From: an uncultured Acidobacteriota bacterium
Lineage (GTDB): Bacteria > Actinomycetota > Acidimicrobiia > Spongiisociales > ZC4RG35
Length of the DNA stretch: 64,000 nt
Reading direction: 5' to 3'
NCBI GenBank assembly: GCA_963711895.1
Contig: CAVQFU010000008.1
Coordinates: 8,198 to 72,197 of the forward strand
Below the pieces are notes generated by a model, which was not told the origin of the DNA, searched no databases, and was given only the letters and a program-made list of their open reading frames with translations. Below are positions 1 to 8,668 of the stretch, piece by piece (position 1 is the stretch's first letter; the number at the start of each line of letters is the position of its first letter). The position numbers and the translations under genes are program-made.

Positions 1-5
1 AGGCA

Positions 6-248
6 ATGGCCGTCGTCGAAGCAATCGCAATCGTCATCCACATCATCCTCTCGCTGGCCGTAGTGGCGCTGGTCCTTCTCCATTCGGGTAAGGGCGGGGG
101 CCTCTCGGACGTATTCGGTGGCGGGATGTCGACATCGAGCCTCGGTGGCAGCACCGTCGTCGAGCGGAATCTCGACCGGCTCACTGTGATCGTCGGGGTG
201 CTCTTCGCGATCAGCACGTTCGTGCTGACCTTCCTCTTGAACAGCTGA
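6..248 (+). CDS. secG: preprotein translocase subunit SecG
   Basis: 80-aa ORF with two hydrophobic helices around a Gly-rich loop (HSGKGGGLSDVFGGG), typical of SecG. ATG at 6. Confidence 0.85.
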   Translation: MAVVEAIAIVIHIILSLAVVALVLLHSGKGGGLSDVFGGGMSTSSLGGSTVVERNLDRLTVIVGVLFAISTFVLTFLLNS

Positions 249-272
249 CGGGCGTAGACTCGCCCGGCTTTA

Positions 273-359
273 GTCGGAGTGGCGGAATTGGTAGACGCGC
301 CAGGTTGAGGGCCTGGTGGGGTATTACTCCCCGTGGAGGTTCGAGTCCTCTCTCCGACA
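273..359 (+). tRNA. tRNA-Leu (anticodon GAG)
   Basis: 87-nt cloverleaf read by eye. Acceptor GTCGGAG/CTCCGAC, anticodon arm CCAGG-TTGAGGG-CCTGG, long variable arm, T-loop TTCGAGT. No encoded CCA. Confidence 0.9.
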
Positions 360-444
360 CTCCTCCGCGAGCACGATTGCTACCGAGATGACGGCCGCAT
401 CGGCTCGTCGACAACGTTTGGAGACGCTAGCTCAGCACGTCCAC

Positions 445-600
445 TCAGCTCGGAGGCACCACCAGAGTCGCTCCCGGCTCGCACACCACCCGGGACATGA
501 TGTCCCGGCAACCGTCCAGACTCGTGGCCAGCGTCATCGAGGCGAACAGGACCAGAGCCAGGAACACAGCCAACCCCAGGAACGCCGCTCTCCTCCCCAT
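445..600 (-). CDS. small secreted/membrane peptide candidate (51 aa), not in the ORF track
   Basis: ATG 600 to TGA 445 gives MGRRAAFLGLAVFLALVLFASMTLATSLDGCRDIMSRVVCEPGATLVVPPS. RR n-region, hydrophobic core, strongly GC-biased third codon positions. No obvious SD. Confidence 0.4.
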   Translation of the reverse strand: MGRRAAFLGLAVFLALVLFASMTLATSLDGCRDIMSRVVCEPGATLVVPPS

Positions 601-743
601 CGGTGTTCATTATTAGTCGGTGACCCTCTCTTCTCGGTCATCCCGGCCGCGTCATTCCCGTCGATTGGACGCGGACTAGTCCGATTCGCTACTGATTTCG
701 CCTGTCGCTGCCGATGAATGTTGGTCGCCGCCAAGGGAGCAGC

Positions 744-1538
744 GTGAGCAGCCGACTCGAAGATCTGAGAGATCTGGCCCGGATGCTGGACGAAGGCAAG
801 ATCTCACAGAGCGAATACGACAAGGTCAAGACCGAGATCCTCGAGGCCCCAGCCGAGGATTGGGAGCGGTCAGCCGAGATCGCTTCTCCCCACGAGCACG
901 ATAACGAAGGCCCGGATGACGAGTCGGTCGCCGGCTGGCGGAGAACCGTCGATCAAATCCCGACCATTTATCGCGTGGCAGCGGCAGGAGCGGTGTTCGT
1001 TCTGGGGATCGGGTTTTTCCTGAGCGGCAATGGCGACGCCGCCGGGAGCGTCACCGCAAACCTGGCATCGGTTGCCTCGGCTCCCTCGGGTCCCGCGCCG
1101 GAATCCCTGGGCGTAGTCCTCGACGGGCTGGCCGACGGTTGGAACGCCGTGCCTGACCCCCCACTGATAAGCGGGGGCGTCATGACGTCTCCGGAAGCCG
1201 GTCCGCTCGACAGTTTTCTGCACAATTTCGACGGATCAGTGGTCCTGGCCGGCGCATATGACCCGAGCGACGGGTCGGTTTACGCGCTGATGACCAAGAC
1301 CGGTCTGCACACCGAGTCGGTGTCGAGCGTGTATGTGCATCTCTGTTATCTCCTACATCCCGGCTCGCAGGGATGTCTCGACACTTTCGTCGAGGAAACC
1401 GGGATGTTTGGAAAGGCCCACACCGATTTCGCTGGCACCGAGCACACCGCTGCCTGGGAATTCGAGGGACACCGATGGGAATTGGGCATCGCGGGTGATG
1501 TCGAGACGATCAGGGTCCAGTCGGCTTCCAGCCCGTGA
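744..1538 (+). CDS. SHOCT-domain membrane-anchored protein of unknown function
   Basis: N-terminal LRDLARMLDEGKISQSEYDKVKTEIL (SHOCT-like), one TM helix (IYRVAAAGAVFVLGIGFFL), then a ~170-aa uncharacterised domain. GTG 744 is preceded by AAGGGAG. The track ORF starts at 714. Confidence 0.6.
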   Translation: MSSRLEDLRDLARMLDEGKISQSEYDKVKTEILEAPAEDWERSAEIASPHEHDNEGPDDESVAGWRRTVDQIPTIYRVAAAGAVFVLGIGFFLSGNGDAAGSVTANLASVASAPSGPAPESLGVVLDGLADGWNAVPDPPLISGGVMTSPEAGPLDSFLHNFDGSVVLAGAYDPSDGSVYALMTKTGLHTESVSSVYVHLCYLLHPGSQGCLDTFVEETGMFGKAHTDFAGTEHTAAWEFEGHRWELGIAGDVETIRVQSASSP

Positions 1539-1547
1539 TCGACCCGG

Positions 1548-2093
1548 TCAGAGCTTCTGGATGCGGTCGCCGACCGAGATCATCCCGTCCTGCAGGACGC
1601 GGGCGTAGACCCCGCGCAGCCGGAGTTCTTTGGCCGATCCCACGTTGACGAATCGGAGTGCAGCGGGGCCGAACCGTGAGGCGAACTTATTGCATCCCTC
1701 GTGCGGTGTGTCTGTTATCTCGAGAACGGTCGTGCCGGTCCGCAGTTTTTGACCAGGCACGAGGTTGGCTTGGCTCAAGTCCAGATCGGCGACGATGTTG
1801 TCCCCGGCCAGCGCCCAGCGGTCCCGACCGCCAGAGACCAGATCTAGGAGCCGGGAGTTGATGATCGCGATCTGGATGTCCGGCATCTCGCGATACTTGT
1901 CCTTCGACCAGTGGTCGCCATCGACTCCGAGCAAAGAGCTCACATCGACACTTTTAGGCGTTTGTCGCTCGTTCTCGGCGGGGCGAACGACCAACATCTC
2001 GACGAGGCCGTCGTCCTGGGGGCTGGAGAGCACACCGGGCAGGCCGCGTTCGAGCTGCTCGGGCGTCAGATGCGTGACGGCTGTCTCGCTCAT
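1548..2093 (-). CDS. MOSC domain-containing protein
   Basis: The C-terminal 181 aa of track ORF 1548..2405 (MSETAVTHL...HEGCNKFASRFG...LRGVYARVL) match the MOSC fold. The ATG at 2093 overlaps the stop of the upstream MFS gene (ATGA). Confidence 0.75.
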   Translation of the reverse strand: MSETAVTHLTPEQLERGLPGVLSSPQDDGLVEMLVVRPAENERQTPKSVDVSSLLGVDGDHWSKDKYREMPDIQIAIINSRLLDLVSGGRDRWALAGDNIVADLDLSQANLVPGQKLRTGTTVLEITDTPHEGCNKFASRFGPAALRFVNVGSAKELRLRGVYARVLQDGMISVGDRIQKL

Positions 2094-3370
2094 GCTGCCT
2101 CGGCCGGCGACTCCTCGTGCCGGCTGTGCCGCCCTTCGAAATTCGGGCCGAACGTGTCCTTCCAAACCACTGTGGTCATCAACCATAAGGCGGTAGCAAC
2201 CAGGAGAGCAGGGAATAACCGGGCTACCAGTGGCAGGGTGTCCTCCGAATCGCCCAGCCAGCCGCCGATTAGAGCGCCAAGTGGCAGCGTCGCCCAGCCG
2301 ATCGCTCGGCTCACCGTGGTGACTCTCCCCAGCATGTTGTCGTCGGCATAGTGCTGACGGATGGTGGCCAGCGGCACGTTGATCAGGGAAACACCGATCA
2401 TCCATCCCACATTGAGGGCGAGGGGAACGAGCCCGAATGTGGTGAACATCACCGCGAACAGCAGTAGACCGGTCAGGATCATTCCGAATGTCATGGTCCG
2501 GCCCAGACCGGTCGTCCTGATCACCCGGGGTGCGATCAAGGCGCCGATTATGCCGCCGACTCCCATCGCCGCCACGAGGAGGCCGACTTGGGCGCTGTTG
2601 GCCGCACCCAGGATCACAGAGAACAACAGAACCACGGTGGCCTCGATGAAGCCCATCACGAAGTTGGGGACGGCGGCGGCGATCGTGGTGACCCGAAGCC
2701 GGGGCTCTTTCCAGATGTAGCGCAGCCCGTCCATCGCCTCGGTGAGGAACGGGGAGCGGGTGTCATCGGCGCTTCGGTGATGCGCCACCCTTCCCACCCA
2801 GCCCAGGAAAACCGCCGAGATCACGAAGCTGAGCCCGTTGATATAGAGACCCAGTGCAGGTCCGCCATAGAGATAGGCAAACAGGCCTCCGGCGAGAGCG
2901 CCCACGGCGAAATTGAACTGCTGGCTGGCGGCCACGAACGAGTTGGCGTCGGCGAGCCGACGTCTCGGGACCAGCGAGGGGATCAGGGCGAACAGGGCGC
3001 CGTCGAAGAAGGTGGTGAAAGACCCGACCAGGAATGCGATGAAGAACACCGTTCCCACGCCATATGTGCCGTACGAAGCGGCGAGATAGAAGAAGGCCGA
3101 TGCCCGAAGGAGATCGGTGGCAATCATCACCGGTCGCAGGGGCCAGCGGTCGATGAGCACGCCCACGATCAACCCGAGCAGGAGGGTCGGAACGGTCTCC
3201 AGGGCGTAGGTAATGGCGAATTCCATTGTCGAATCGGTCCCACTGATGTCGAGAACCAGGAAGGGAAGGGTGACCCAGGCGACATAGGTCCCGAAGTGGC
3301 TGACCGCCTGGCCGACCCACAAGGCCATGTATCTCGGCCCGAGCGACGTCAGCGACCGAAAGAAATTCAC
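2090..3370 (-). CDS. MFS transporter
   Basis: 426 aa with about 12 predicted TM helices and MFS-like loop motifs (LIDRWPLRPV). Confidence 0.8.
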   Translation of the reverse strand: MNFFRSLTSLGPRYMALWVGQAVSHFGTYVAWVTLPFLVLDISGTDSTMEFAITYALETVPTLLLGLIVGVLIDRWPLRPVMIATDLLRASAFFYLAASYGTYGVGTVFFIAFLVGSFTTFFDGALFALIPSLVPRRRLADANSFVAASQQFNFAVGALAGGLFAYLYGGPALGLYINGLSFVISAVFLGWVGRVAHHRSADDTRSPFLTEAMDGLRYIWKEPRLRVTTIAAAVPNFVMGFIEATVVLLFSVILGAANSAQVGLLVAAMGVGGIIGALIAPRVIRTTGLGRTMTFGMILTGLLLFAVMFTTFGLVPLALNVGWMIGVSLINVPLATIRQHYADDNMLGRVTTVSRAIGWATLPLGALIGGWLGDSEDTLPLVARLFPALLVATALWLMTTVVWKDTFGPNFEGRHSRHEESPAEAA

Positions 3371-3429
3371 TGGCCTTGCACCATACCGGCCTCTTCGGGT
3401 GTGTCCAGCGCTTGTTAGCCTTGCAAACC

Positions 3430-3735
3430 ATGGCCGACCCGCGCGAGATACCGCAGCTCACCACCGAGCTGATCGACATGTCCCGGGAATACCTCTTGCA
3501 GGAGACTCTCGAGCCGGCGAAGAGGCTGGGAAGGCATGCAGGGATGGGTCTGGGCGGCGCCATGACCCTGGGCCTGGGCGCCTTTTTCCTGGTGCTCGCC
3601 CTCTACAACACGCTGAAGATGTGGCTCCCGTCGGGAGCCTGGTGGGTAGTGCTGGCGAAATTCCTCACCGCGCTGGTCGCGGCGGGTGGCGCAGCATTGG
3701 TGGCTTGGAGGTTGCAAGAACGTGACGATTACTAG
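3430..3735 (+). CDS. phage-holin-family (Holin-X/DUF1469-like) membrane protein
   Basis: MADPREIPQLTTELIDMSREYLLQE... followed by two TM helices. The internal ATG at 3430 is preferred because the track start at 3376 leaves only 5 nt to the divergent MFS start. Confidence 0.55.
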   Translation: MADPREIPQLTTELIDMSREYLLQETLEPAKRLGRHAGMGLGGAMTLGLGAFFLVLALYNTLKMWLPSGAWWVVLAKFLTALVAAGGAALVAWRLQERDDY

Positions 3736-3916
3736 ACAGGACATCGAGGCCAAGGCGAATGAGATCGCATCGGCGGTCAACCAGACCAAGGAGTCGGCTC
3801 GTGACACGGCCGTGGTCGCCGGAGTCGTAATCGCCCTGTTGGTCCTCGCCGCCTTCATCTTCGGGCGCCGCCGCGGATCGAGGAACCGAACCCTTGTCGA
3901 GGTCTACCGGGTCTGA
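3722..3916 (+). CDS. small single-TM membrane protein
   Basis: VTITRQDIEAKANEIASAVNQTKESARDTAVVAGVVIALLVLAAFIFGRRRG.... GTG 3722 overlaps the upstream stop. The track ORF starts at 3686. Confidence 0.5.
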   Translation: MTITRQDIEAKANEIASAVNQTKESARDTAVVAGVVIALLVLAAFIFGRRRGSRNRTLVEVYRV

Positions 3917-4197
3917 GGCGGGCTCGGCGGCCTGATCACCTCGATCTTGGGGTCCCCCCAGCGTTTGTGATGGATGACGAGGGCTGATCCCTCGGGCAGC
4001 TTCTTGGAGAAAAGCAGCCTGCGCCGGGGCCTGGTGTTCCTCAGGTAGAAGAGAGCGGCGAGTCCTAGCCCTCGGTACAGCTCGCGTTGATCACCGGTCC
4101 GGAGGCCGCGCAGTGTGCGGTCGAGGCTCTCCCTCCCGAGGTCGCGGATCCCGAGAAGGCGTAAGAGTCGATCCATCTTGTCTACCGTTGCCGCCAA
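3904..4197 (-). CDS. conserved hypothetical protein (97 aa), divergent from trmI
   Basis: GC3-rich ORF. Its position and size resemble the small conserved gene divergent from trmI in mycobacteria (recalled from memory). Alternative ATG start at 4176. Confidence 0.55.
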   Translation of the reverse strand: MAATVDKMDRLLRLLGIRDLGRESLDRTLRGLRTGDQRELYRGLGLAALFYLRNTRPRRRLLFSKKLPEGSALVIHHKRWGDPKIEVIRPPSPPQTR

Positions 4198-4227
4198 TCA
4201 GTCGAGAGTCAATCGAGTTCCAACCGC

Positions 4228-4323
4228 ATGCAGAATAAGCAATTCGTCAAGGTCGTCATCTGGATAGTGGTCATCTCCATGGTGCTCGGGCTCGGGGTGA
4301 CGGTGTTCGTACTGCTGTCATGA
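4228..4323 (+). CDS. 31-aa hydrophobic small ORF coupled to trmI, not in the ORF track
   Basis: MQNKQFVKVVIWIVVISMVLGLGVTVFVLLS. Its TGA (4321-4323) overlaps the trmI ATG (4320-4322). Confidence 0.4.
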   Translation: MQNKQFVKVVIWIVVISMVLGLGVTVFVLLS

Positions 4324-5115
4324 AGCTGGAGGCGGGTGATCCTGCCCTCTTGATCGACTCCAAGGGGCGCCGCTTCCTCCTCGAACTGACACCGGACCGA
4401 ACGTTCCAGTACCACGAGGGCGCTGTTCCCCACAACGACCTCATTGGGAGAGGCGACGGCAGTTGGATTGTCTCCTCGACCGGGGCCCAACTCCTGCTCC
4501 TCCGCCCCCGGCTGGCCGATTTCACGCTGAAGATGAAGAGAAGCGCCCAGGTCGTCTATCCCAAAGATCTCGGCCCGATCCTGGTCTACGCCGATATCGC
4601 ACCCGGCATGACCGTGCTCGAGGCCGGGAGCGGATCGGGAGCGCTCACTCTCGGCTTGAGCCGGGCTGTCGGGCCGACCGGGAAGGTGATCAGCGTGGAG
4701 TTGAGGGAAGATCACGCAGCACACGCCAGGAAGGCTGTCGAGAAGTGGTACGGCCGGTTGCCTGAGAACGTCGAGATGCGGGTGGGGGATGTGGCCGACG
4801 AGGTCGAGTCGGTCGCACCGGCTCGGATCGTGCTCGATCTGCCCGAGCCGTGGCACGTCGTGACCGATCGCCGCTCAGCACCAGCCACCCGGTGGGTTGC
4901 TCGCCGCCTACCTTCCAACGGTCCCTCAGGTGCAGACCACGATCGAGACCGCGCGAGAGACAGGTGTCTTCACCGAGATCGAGGTCAAGGAGATCCTGGT
5001 CCGCGACTGGAACGTCGCAGGCAGATCGGTCCGGCCCGAACATCAGATGATCGGGCACACCGGTTTCCTCGTCTTCATGAGAAAGACTGCCAAGCAACCA
5101 CCAATCGAGGGCTGA
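4320..5115 (+). pseudogene. trmI: tRNA (adenine58-N1)-methyltransferase TrmI, interrupted by an apparent 1-nt frameshift near 4863-4870
   Basis: Frame 0 (4320 onward) encodes the N-terminal domain and the SAM motif LEAGSGSGALT...LDLPEPWHVV. The conserved C-terminus (PGGLLAAYLPTVPQVQTT...GHTGFLVFMRK) continues in the +1 frame (track ORF 4897..5115). Confidence 0.7.
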
Positions 5116-5277
5116 GCGGTCACAACCCTCAAGTCGGCGGCTGGTCGCGCCGACCCTCTTCTTTGTCGGTGTTAGGTGGCATCATCGGGGGAGTAGGCCC
5201 CCGGTTGACAACCCGGGGAACTACAGACACCGATTCGTATACTGCTAAACAAGGCGACCAAGGCCAGGAGGAAGCCC

Positions 5278-7005
5278 GTGGACGAAGGACGGAGAGCGGA
5301 CGACGCCACTCAGTTGCGGAGTGTTGTCGCTGCCCTCGAGGAAGAGATCGCCGTCCTGCGCCGTCGTGTCCGTGATGCCCCTGCTCGTGTAGAGGACCTC
5401 GAGAACGAGCTCAGCCGGATGCGGGAGCGTCTCGACCGTGCCATGGCACAAAACGACAAGCTCTCCGCCGTCCTCGAAGAGGCCAGGGAGCAGCTCGGCG
5501 TGCTGAGGGAGGAAGTCGAGAAGCTGACCTCGCCCCCGAACAACTTCGGCACCGTCCTCCAGGTCAACGACGACGGGACCCTGGACATCCTGACCGGGAG
5601 CAGGAAGCTGCGCGTTGCCGCCCAACCCAACGTCGAGGTGAAGAAGCTCCAGGTCGGCCAGGAGGTCCTTCTCAACGAGGCCTTCAACATCATCGATATC
5701 CGTCACTTCGAGCCGGCCGGAGAGGTGCTCAGGGTCCGTGAGGTCCTCACCGACGGGCGGGTCGTGGTCTTTGCCCACGCCGACGAGGAGAGAGTCCTGC
5801 AGCGGTCGGAGACGATGGCCGACGTGAAGCTCAGACCCGGCGACTACGTCCGAATCGACACCAAGACCGGTCTGATCCTGGAGAAGATGGAGCGGCCCGA
5901 GGTCGAGGAGCTCGTCCTGGAGGAGGTCCCGGACATCACCTATGAGGATGTCGGAGGCTTGGCCGATCAGATCGAGCAGATCCGCGACACCGTCGAGCTG
6001 CCTTACATGTACAAGGACCTGTTCCGTGAGTACGAGCTCGACCCGCCCAAGGGCATCCTCCTGTACGGCCCTCCGGGCTGTGGCAAGACTCTCATCGCCA
6101 AGGCGGTGGCCAACAGCCTCGCCAAGAAGGTCTCGGAAAGGACCGGTAGCCCCGACGTCCGCTCCTATTTCTTGAACATCAAGGGTCCCGAGCTCCTCAA
6201 CAAATGGGTGGGCGAGACCGAGCGGCAGATCCGCCTCATCTTCCAGAGGGCCAAGGAGAAGTCTGACGAAGGCGTGCCGGTCATCGTTTTCTTCGACGAG
6301 ATGGACTCCCTGTTCCGCACCAGGGGCACCGGCATCAGCTCGGACGTCGAGTCGACGATCGTTCCCCAGCTCCTTTCCGAGCTCGACGGGGTGGAGTCTT
6401 TGAAGAACGTGGTGGTGATCGGGGCCTCCAACCGGGAAGACTTGATCGACCCTGCAATCCTCCGACCGGGTCGTCTCGACGTGAAGATCAGGATCAATCG
6501 GCCCGACACTTCCGCCGCCCGGGAGATCTTTCGCATATACATCAGCGAGGAGACCCCTCTCGATCCTGTCGCCCTGAAGGAGCACGAGGGCGACAAGGGC
6601 AAGGTCATCTCGGCATACATCGAAGCTACGGTCGACGCCATGTACGCCGAGTCGGACGAGAACCGATTCCTCGAGGTCACCTATGCCTCGGGGGACCGCG
6701 AGGTTCTCTACTTCAAGGACTTCGCCTCCGGAGCGATGATCGAGAACATCGTGAGACGAGCCAAGAAAGACGCGATCAAGAGGCAAATCGCTGGTGGAGA
6801 GCCTGGTGTCTGTCTGTCGGACCTCACCGCCGCCATCAAACAGGAGTTCCGGGAGCAGGAAGACCTGCCCAACACGACCAACCCCGACGACTGGGCCAGG
6901 GTGTCCGGCAAGAAGGGGGAGCGGATCGTCCACGTCCGCACGCTGGTCGACGGCGATGACGAGAGTCGATTGATCGAGAAGGTCTCAGCGGGTCAATACC
7001 TCTGA
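5278..7005 (+). CDS. arc: proteasome-associated AAA ATPase Arc/Mpa
   Basis: 575 aa with an N-terminal coiled coil, Walker A GPPGCGKT and a C-terminal GQYL proteasome-docking motif. AGGAGG lies upstream of GTG 5278. Confidence 0.95.
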   Translation: MDEGRRADDATQLRSVVAALEEEIAVLRRRVRDAPARVEDLENELSRMRERLDRAMAQNDKLSAVLEEAREQLGVLREEVEKLTSPPNNFGTVLQVNDDGTLDILTGSRKLRVAAQPNVEVKKLQVGQEVLLNEAFNIIDIRHFEPAGEVLRVREVLTDGRVVVFAHADEERVLQRSETMADVKLRPGDYVRIDTKTGLILEKMERPEVEELVLEEVPDITYEDVGGLADQIEQIRDTVELPYMYKDLFREYELDPPKGILLYGPPGCGKTLIAKAVANSLAKKVSERTGSPDVRSYFLNIKGPELLNKWVGETERQIRLIFQRAKEKSDEGVPVIVFFDEMDSLFRTRGTGISSDVESTIVPQLLSELDGVESLKNVVVIGASNREDLIDPAILRPGRLDVKIRINRPDTSAAREIFRIYISEETPLDPVALKEHEGDKGKVISAYIEATVDAMYAESDENRFLEVTYASGDREVLYFKDFASGAMIENIVRRAKKDAIKRQIAGGEPGVCLSDLTAAIKQEFREQEDLPNTTNPDDWARVSGKKGERIVHVRTLVDGDDESRLIEKVSAGQYL

Positions 7006-8474
7006 TGGCCATCCACAAGGTGCTCGGCACCGAGACCGAGTACGGCATCGTGGTCAGAGGCGATATCGGGTTCAATCCGGCTGTCGCCTCGTCGCTCGTG
7101 GTGAACAGCTATCCCGGCGATCGCGTGAAAGTCCAGTGGTCATACGAGGAGGAGTCACCGGGCCGCGACGCCAGGGGCTTCGGCCACGACACCTTCGGGG
7201 TGGTCGACCCCGAGGGCGCGGTGGTGAACTCGGTCCTCGCCAACGGCGCCCGCCTCTATGTAGACCACGCCCATCCTGAGTATTCGGCGCCCGAGTGCTA
7301 CGACCCGCTGGAGGCCGCCCTCTACGACAAAGTCGGCGAAGTCGTCATGCGCTCCGCCGCCCGAGCCGCCACCGAGGTGGCAGGGAAGAAGGTCTCCCTT
7401 TACAAGAACAACTCCGACGGGAAGGGAAATTCATACGGGGCCCACGAGAACTATCTGCTCTCCCGGGAAACCCCCTTCGGTGACGTGATCCGATTCGCCA
7501 CCACCTTCCTGGTGACCCGGCAGATCTTCACGGGCGCGGGGAAGGTCGGGTCGGAGAACGATCGGCCCGCAGTCGGCTTCCAGTTGACACAACGTGCCGA
7601 CTTCTTCGAGGAAGAGGTCGGGTTGGAGACAACGCTGAAGCGCCCGATCATCAACACCCGTGACGAGCCGCATGGCGACCCTTCGAAATACCGGAGGCTC
7701 CATGTCATCATCGGCGACGCCAACCTCTCGGAGTGCCAGAACTTCCTCAAACTCGGGGCCACGGCATTGATGCTGGCGGCCCTGGAGGACGGAGCCCTGC
7801 CCGACCCACTCGACCTACAGGACCCCGTGGAGTCGTGCTGGCGGGTCAGCCACGACTTGGGGCTGGGCAAGCCGCTCGAGCTCGATGGCGGGGGCACCGC
7901 AACCGCTCTGGAGCTCCAGGGTCGTTACCTGGAGTGGCTGACCAAGTACGTGGAGAAGGAGCTGGACGATCCGATCTGGGAGCAGGTGATCCACGAGTGG
8001 GAGCGCACACTCGACCTCCTGGCCACCGATCCCAGCCGTCTTGCCGATACGCTCGACTGGGTCGCCAAGCAGCGACTGTTCGAGGGATACATCGATAGGG
8101 ACGGTCTCTCCTGGGATGACCCAAAGCTGCGCGCCCTCGATCTCCAATATCACGATGTGGACCCGGAAAAGGGCCTGTATCACCGTCTTGCCGGGCGCGG
8201 GGCCATGCGCCGTCTCTTCGACGACGATCAAATCGAAGCGGCCGCCGTCAACCCGCCGAACCGCACCCGTGCCTACTTCCGGGGCCGGTGTGTGTCCCGG
8301 TTCTCCGACTCGCTGGTGGCCGCCAACTGGGATTCGCTCGTCTTCGACACCGGCGAATCGCATCTCAAGCGGGTTCCTATGATGGAACCACTTCGAGGTG
8401 GCGCCGATCTGATCGGGGCCATGATCGACGAAGCCGAAGACGCGGCCGACCTTCTGCGTCGCCTAGGAGGATGA
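7005..8474 (+). CDS. dop: Pup deamidase/depupylase Dop
   Basis: 489 aa, starting [15 protein letters not shown] (Dop/PafA carboxylate-amine ligase fold). Lies immediately upstream of pup. Overlaps the arc stop by 1 nt (TGATG). Confidence 0.9.
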   Translation: MAIHKVLGTETEYGIVVRGDIGFNPAVASSLVVNSYPGDRVKVQWSYEEESPGRDARGFGHDTFGVVDPEGAVVNSVLANGARLYVDHAHPEYSAPECYDPLEAALYDKVGEVVMRSAARAATEVAGKKVSLYKNNSDGKGNSYGAHENYLLSRETPFGDVIRFATTFLVTRQIFTGAGKVGSENDRPAVGFQLTQRADFFEEEVGLETTLKRPIINTRDEPHGDPSKYRRLHVIIGDANLSECQNFLKLGATALMLAALEDGALPDPLDLQDPVESCWRVSHDLGLGKPLELDGGGTATALELQGRYLEWLTKYVEKELDDPIWEQVIHEWERTLDLLATDPSRLADTLDWVAKQRLFEGYIDRDGLSWDDPKLRALDLQYHDVDPEKGLYHRLAGRGAMRRLFDDDQIEAAAVNPPNRTRAYFRGRCVSRFSDSLVAANWDSLVFDTGESHLKRVPMMEPLRGGADLIGAMIDEAEDAADLLRRLGG

Positions 8475-8479
8475 ATTAG

Positions 8480-8668
8480 ATGTCGGACAGAGATCGGTCC
8501 CGATCCCGGGATCAGGACAGCGAGAAATCCGAGGACCAGCCTGCAGAACGTGTCGAGAGCGACGCCGACCTGGAAGCGCTCGATGACCTGCTCGACGAGA
8601 TCGACGAGGTCCTCGAGGAAAACGCCGAGGAGTTCGTGAAGAACTACGTCCAGAAGGGCGGGGAGTGA
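8480..8668 (+). CDS. pup: prokaryotic ubiquitin-like protein Pup
   Basis: 62 aa, acidic and disordered, with the C-terminus ...EEFVKNYVQKGGE. Confidence 0.95.
   Translation: MSDRDRSRSRDQDSEKSEDQPAERVESDADLEALDDLLDEIDEVLEENAEEFVKNYVQKGGE

Noticed and set aside
1548-2405. 285-aa version of the MOSC ORF.
   Set aside because: The first 104 codons overlap the 3' end of the MFS transporter gene and look non-coding (His/Arg/Gly-rich). The ATG at 2093 gives a canonical ATGA junction and a normal-length MOSC protein.
5190-5245. TTGACA at about 5204 and TATACT at 5237-5242 upstream of arc, considered as a promoter.
   Set aside because: The spacing between the two hexamers is about 29 nt, too long for a single sigma-70-type promoter. 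Neither hexamer has a properly spaced partner.
5116-5375. Continuation of the trmI frame-0 ORF to 5375, giving a 351-aa product.
   Set aside because: After about 4866 the frame-0 product loses all TrmI similarity. The conserved C-terminus is in the +1 frame and ends at 5115. The long tail is read-through of an out-of-frame, stop-poor region.
5245-6933. 562-aa minus-strand ORF antisense to arc.
   Set aside because: It lies entirely opposite a strongly conserved AAA ATPase gene. Its composition is Gly/Asp/Leu/Val/Arg-rich low-information sequence, typical of stop-poor antisense frames in GC-rich DNA. No recognisable motifs.
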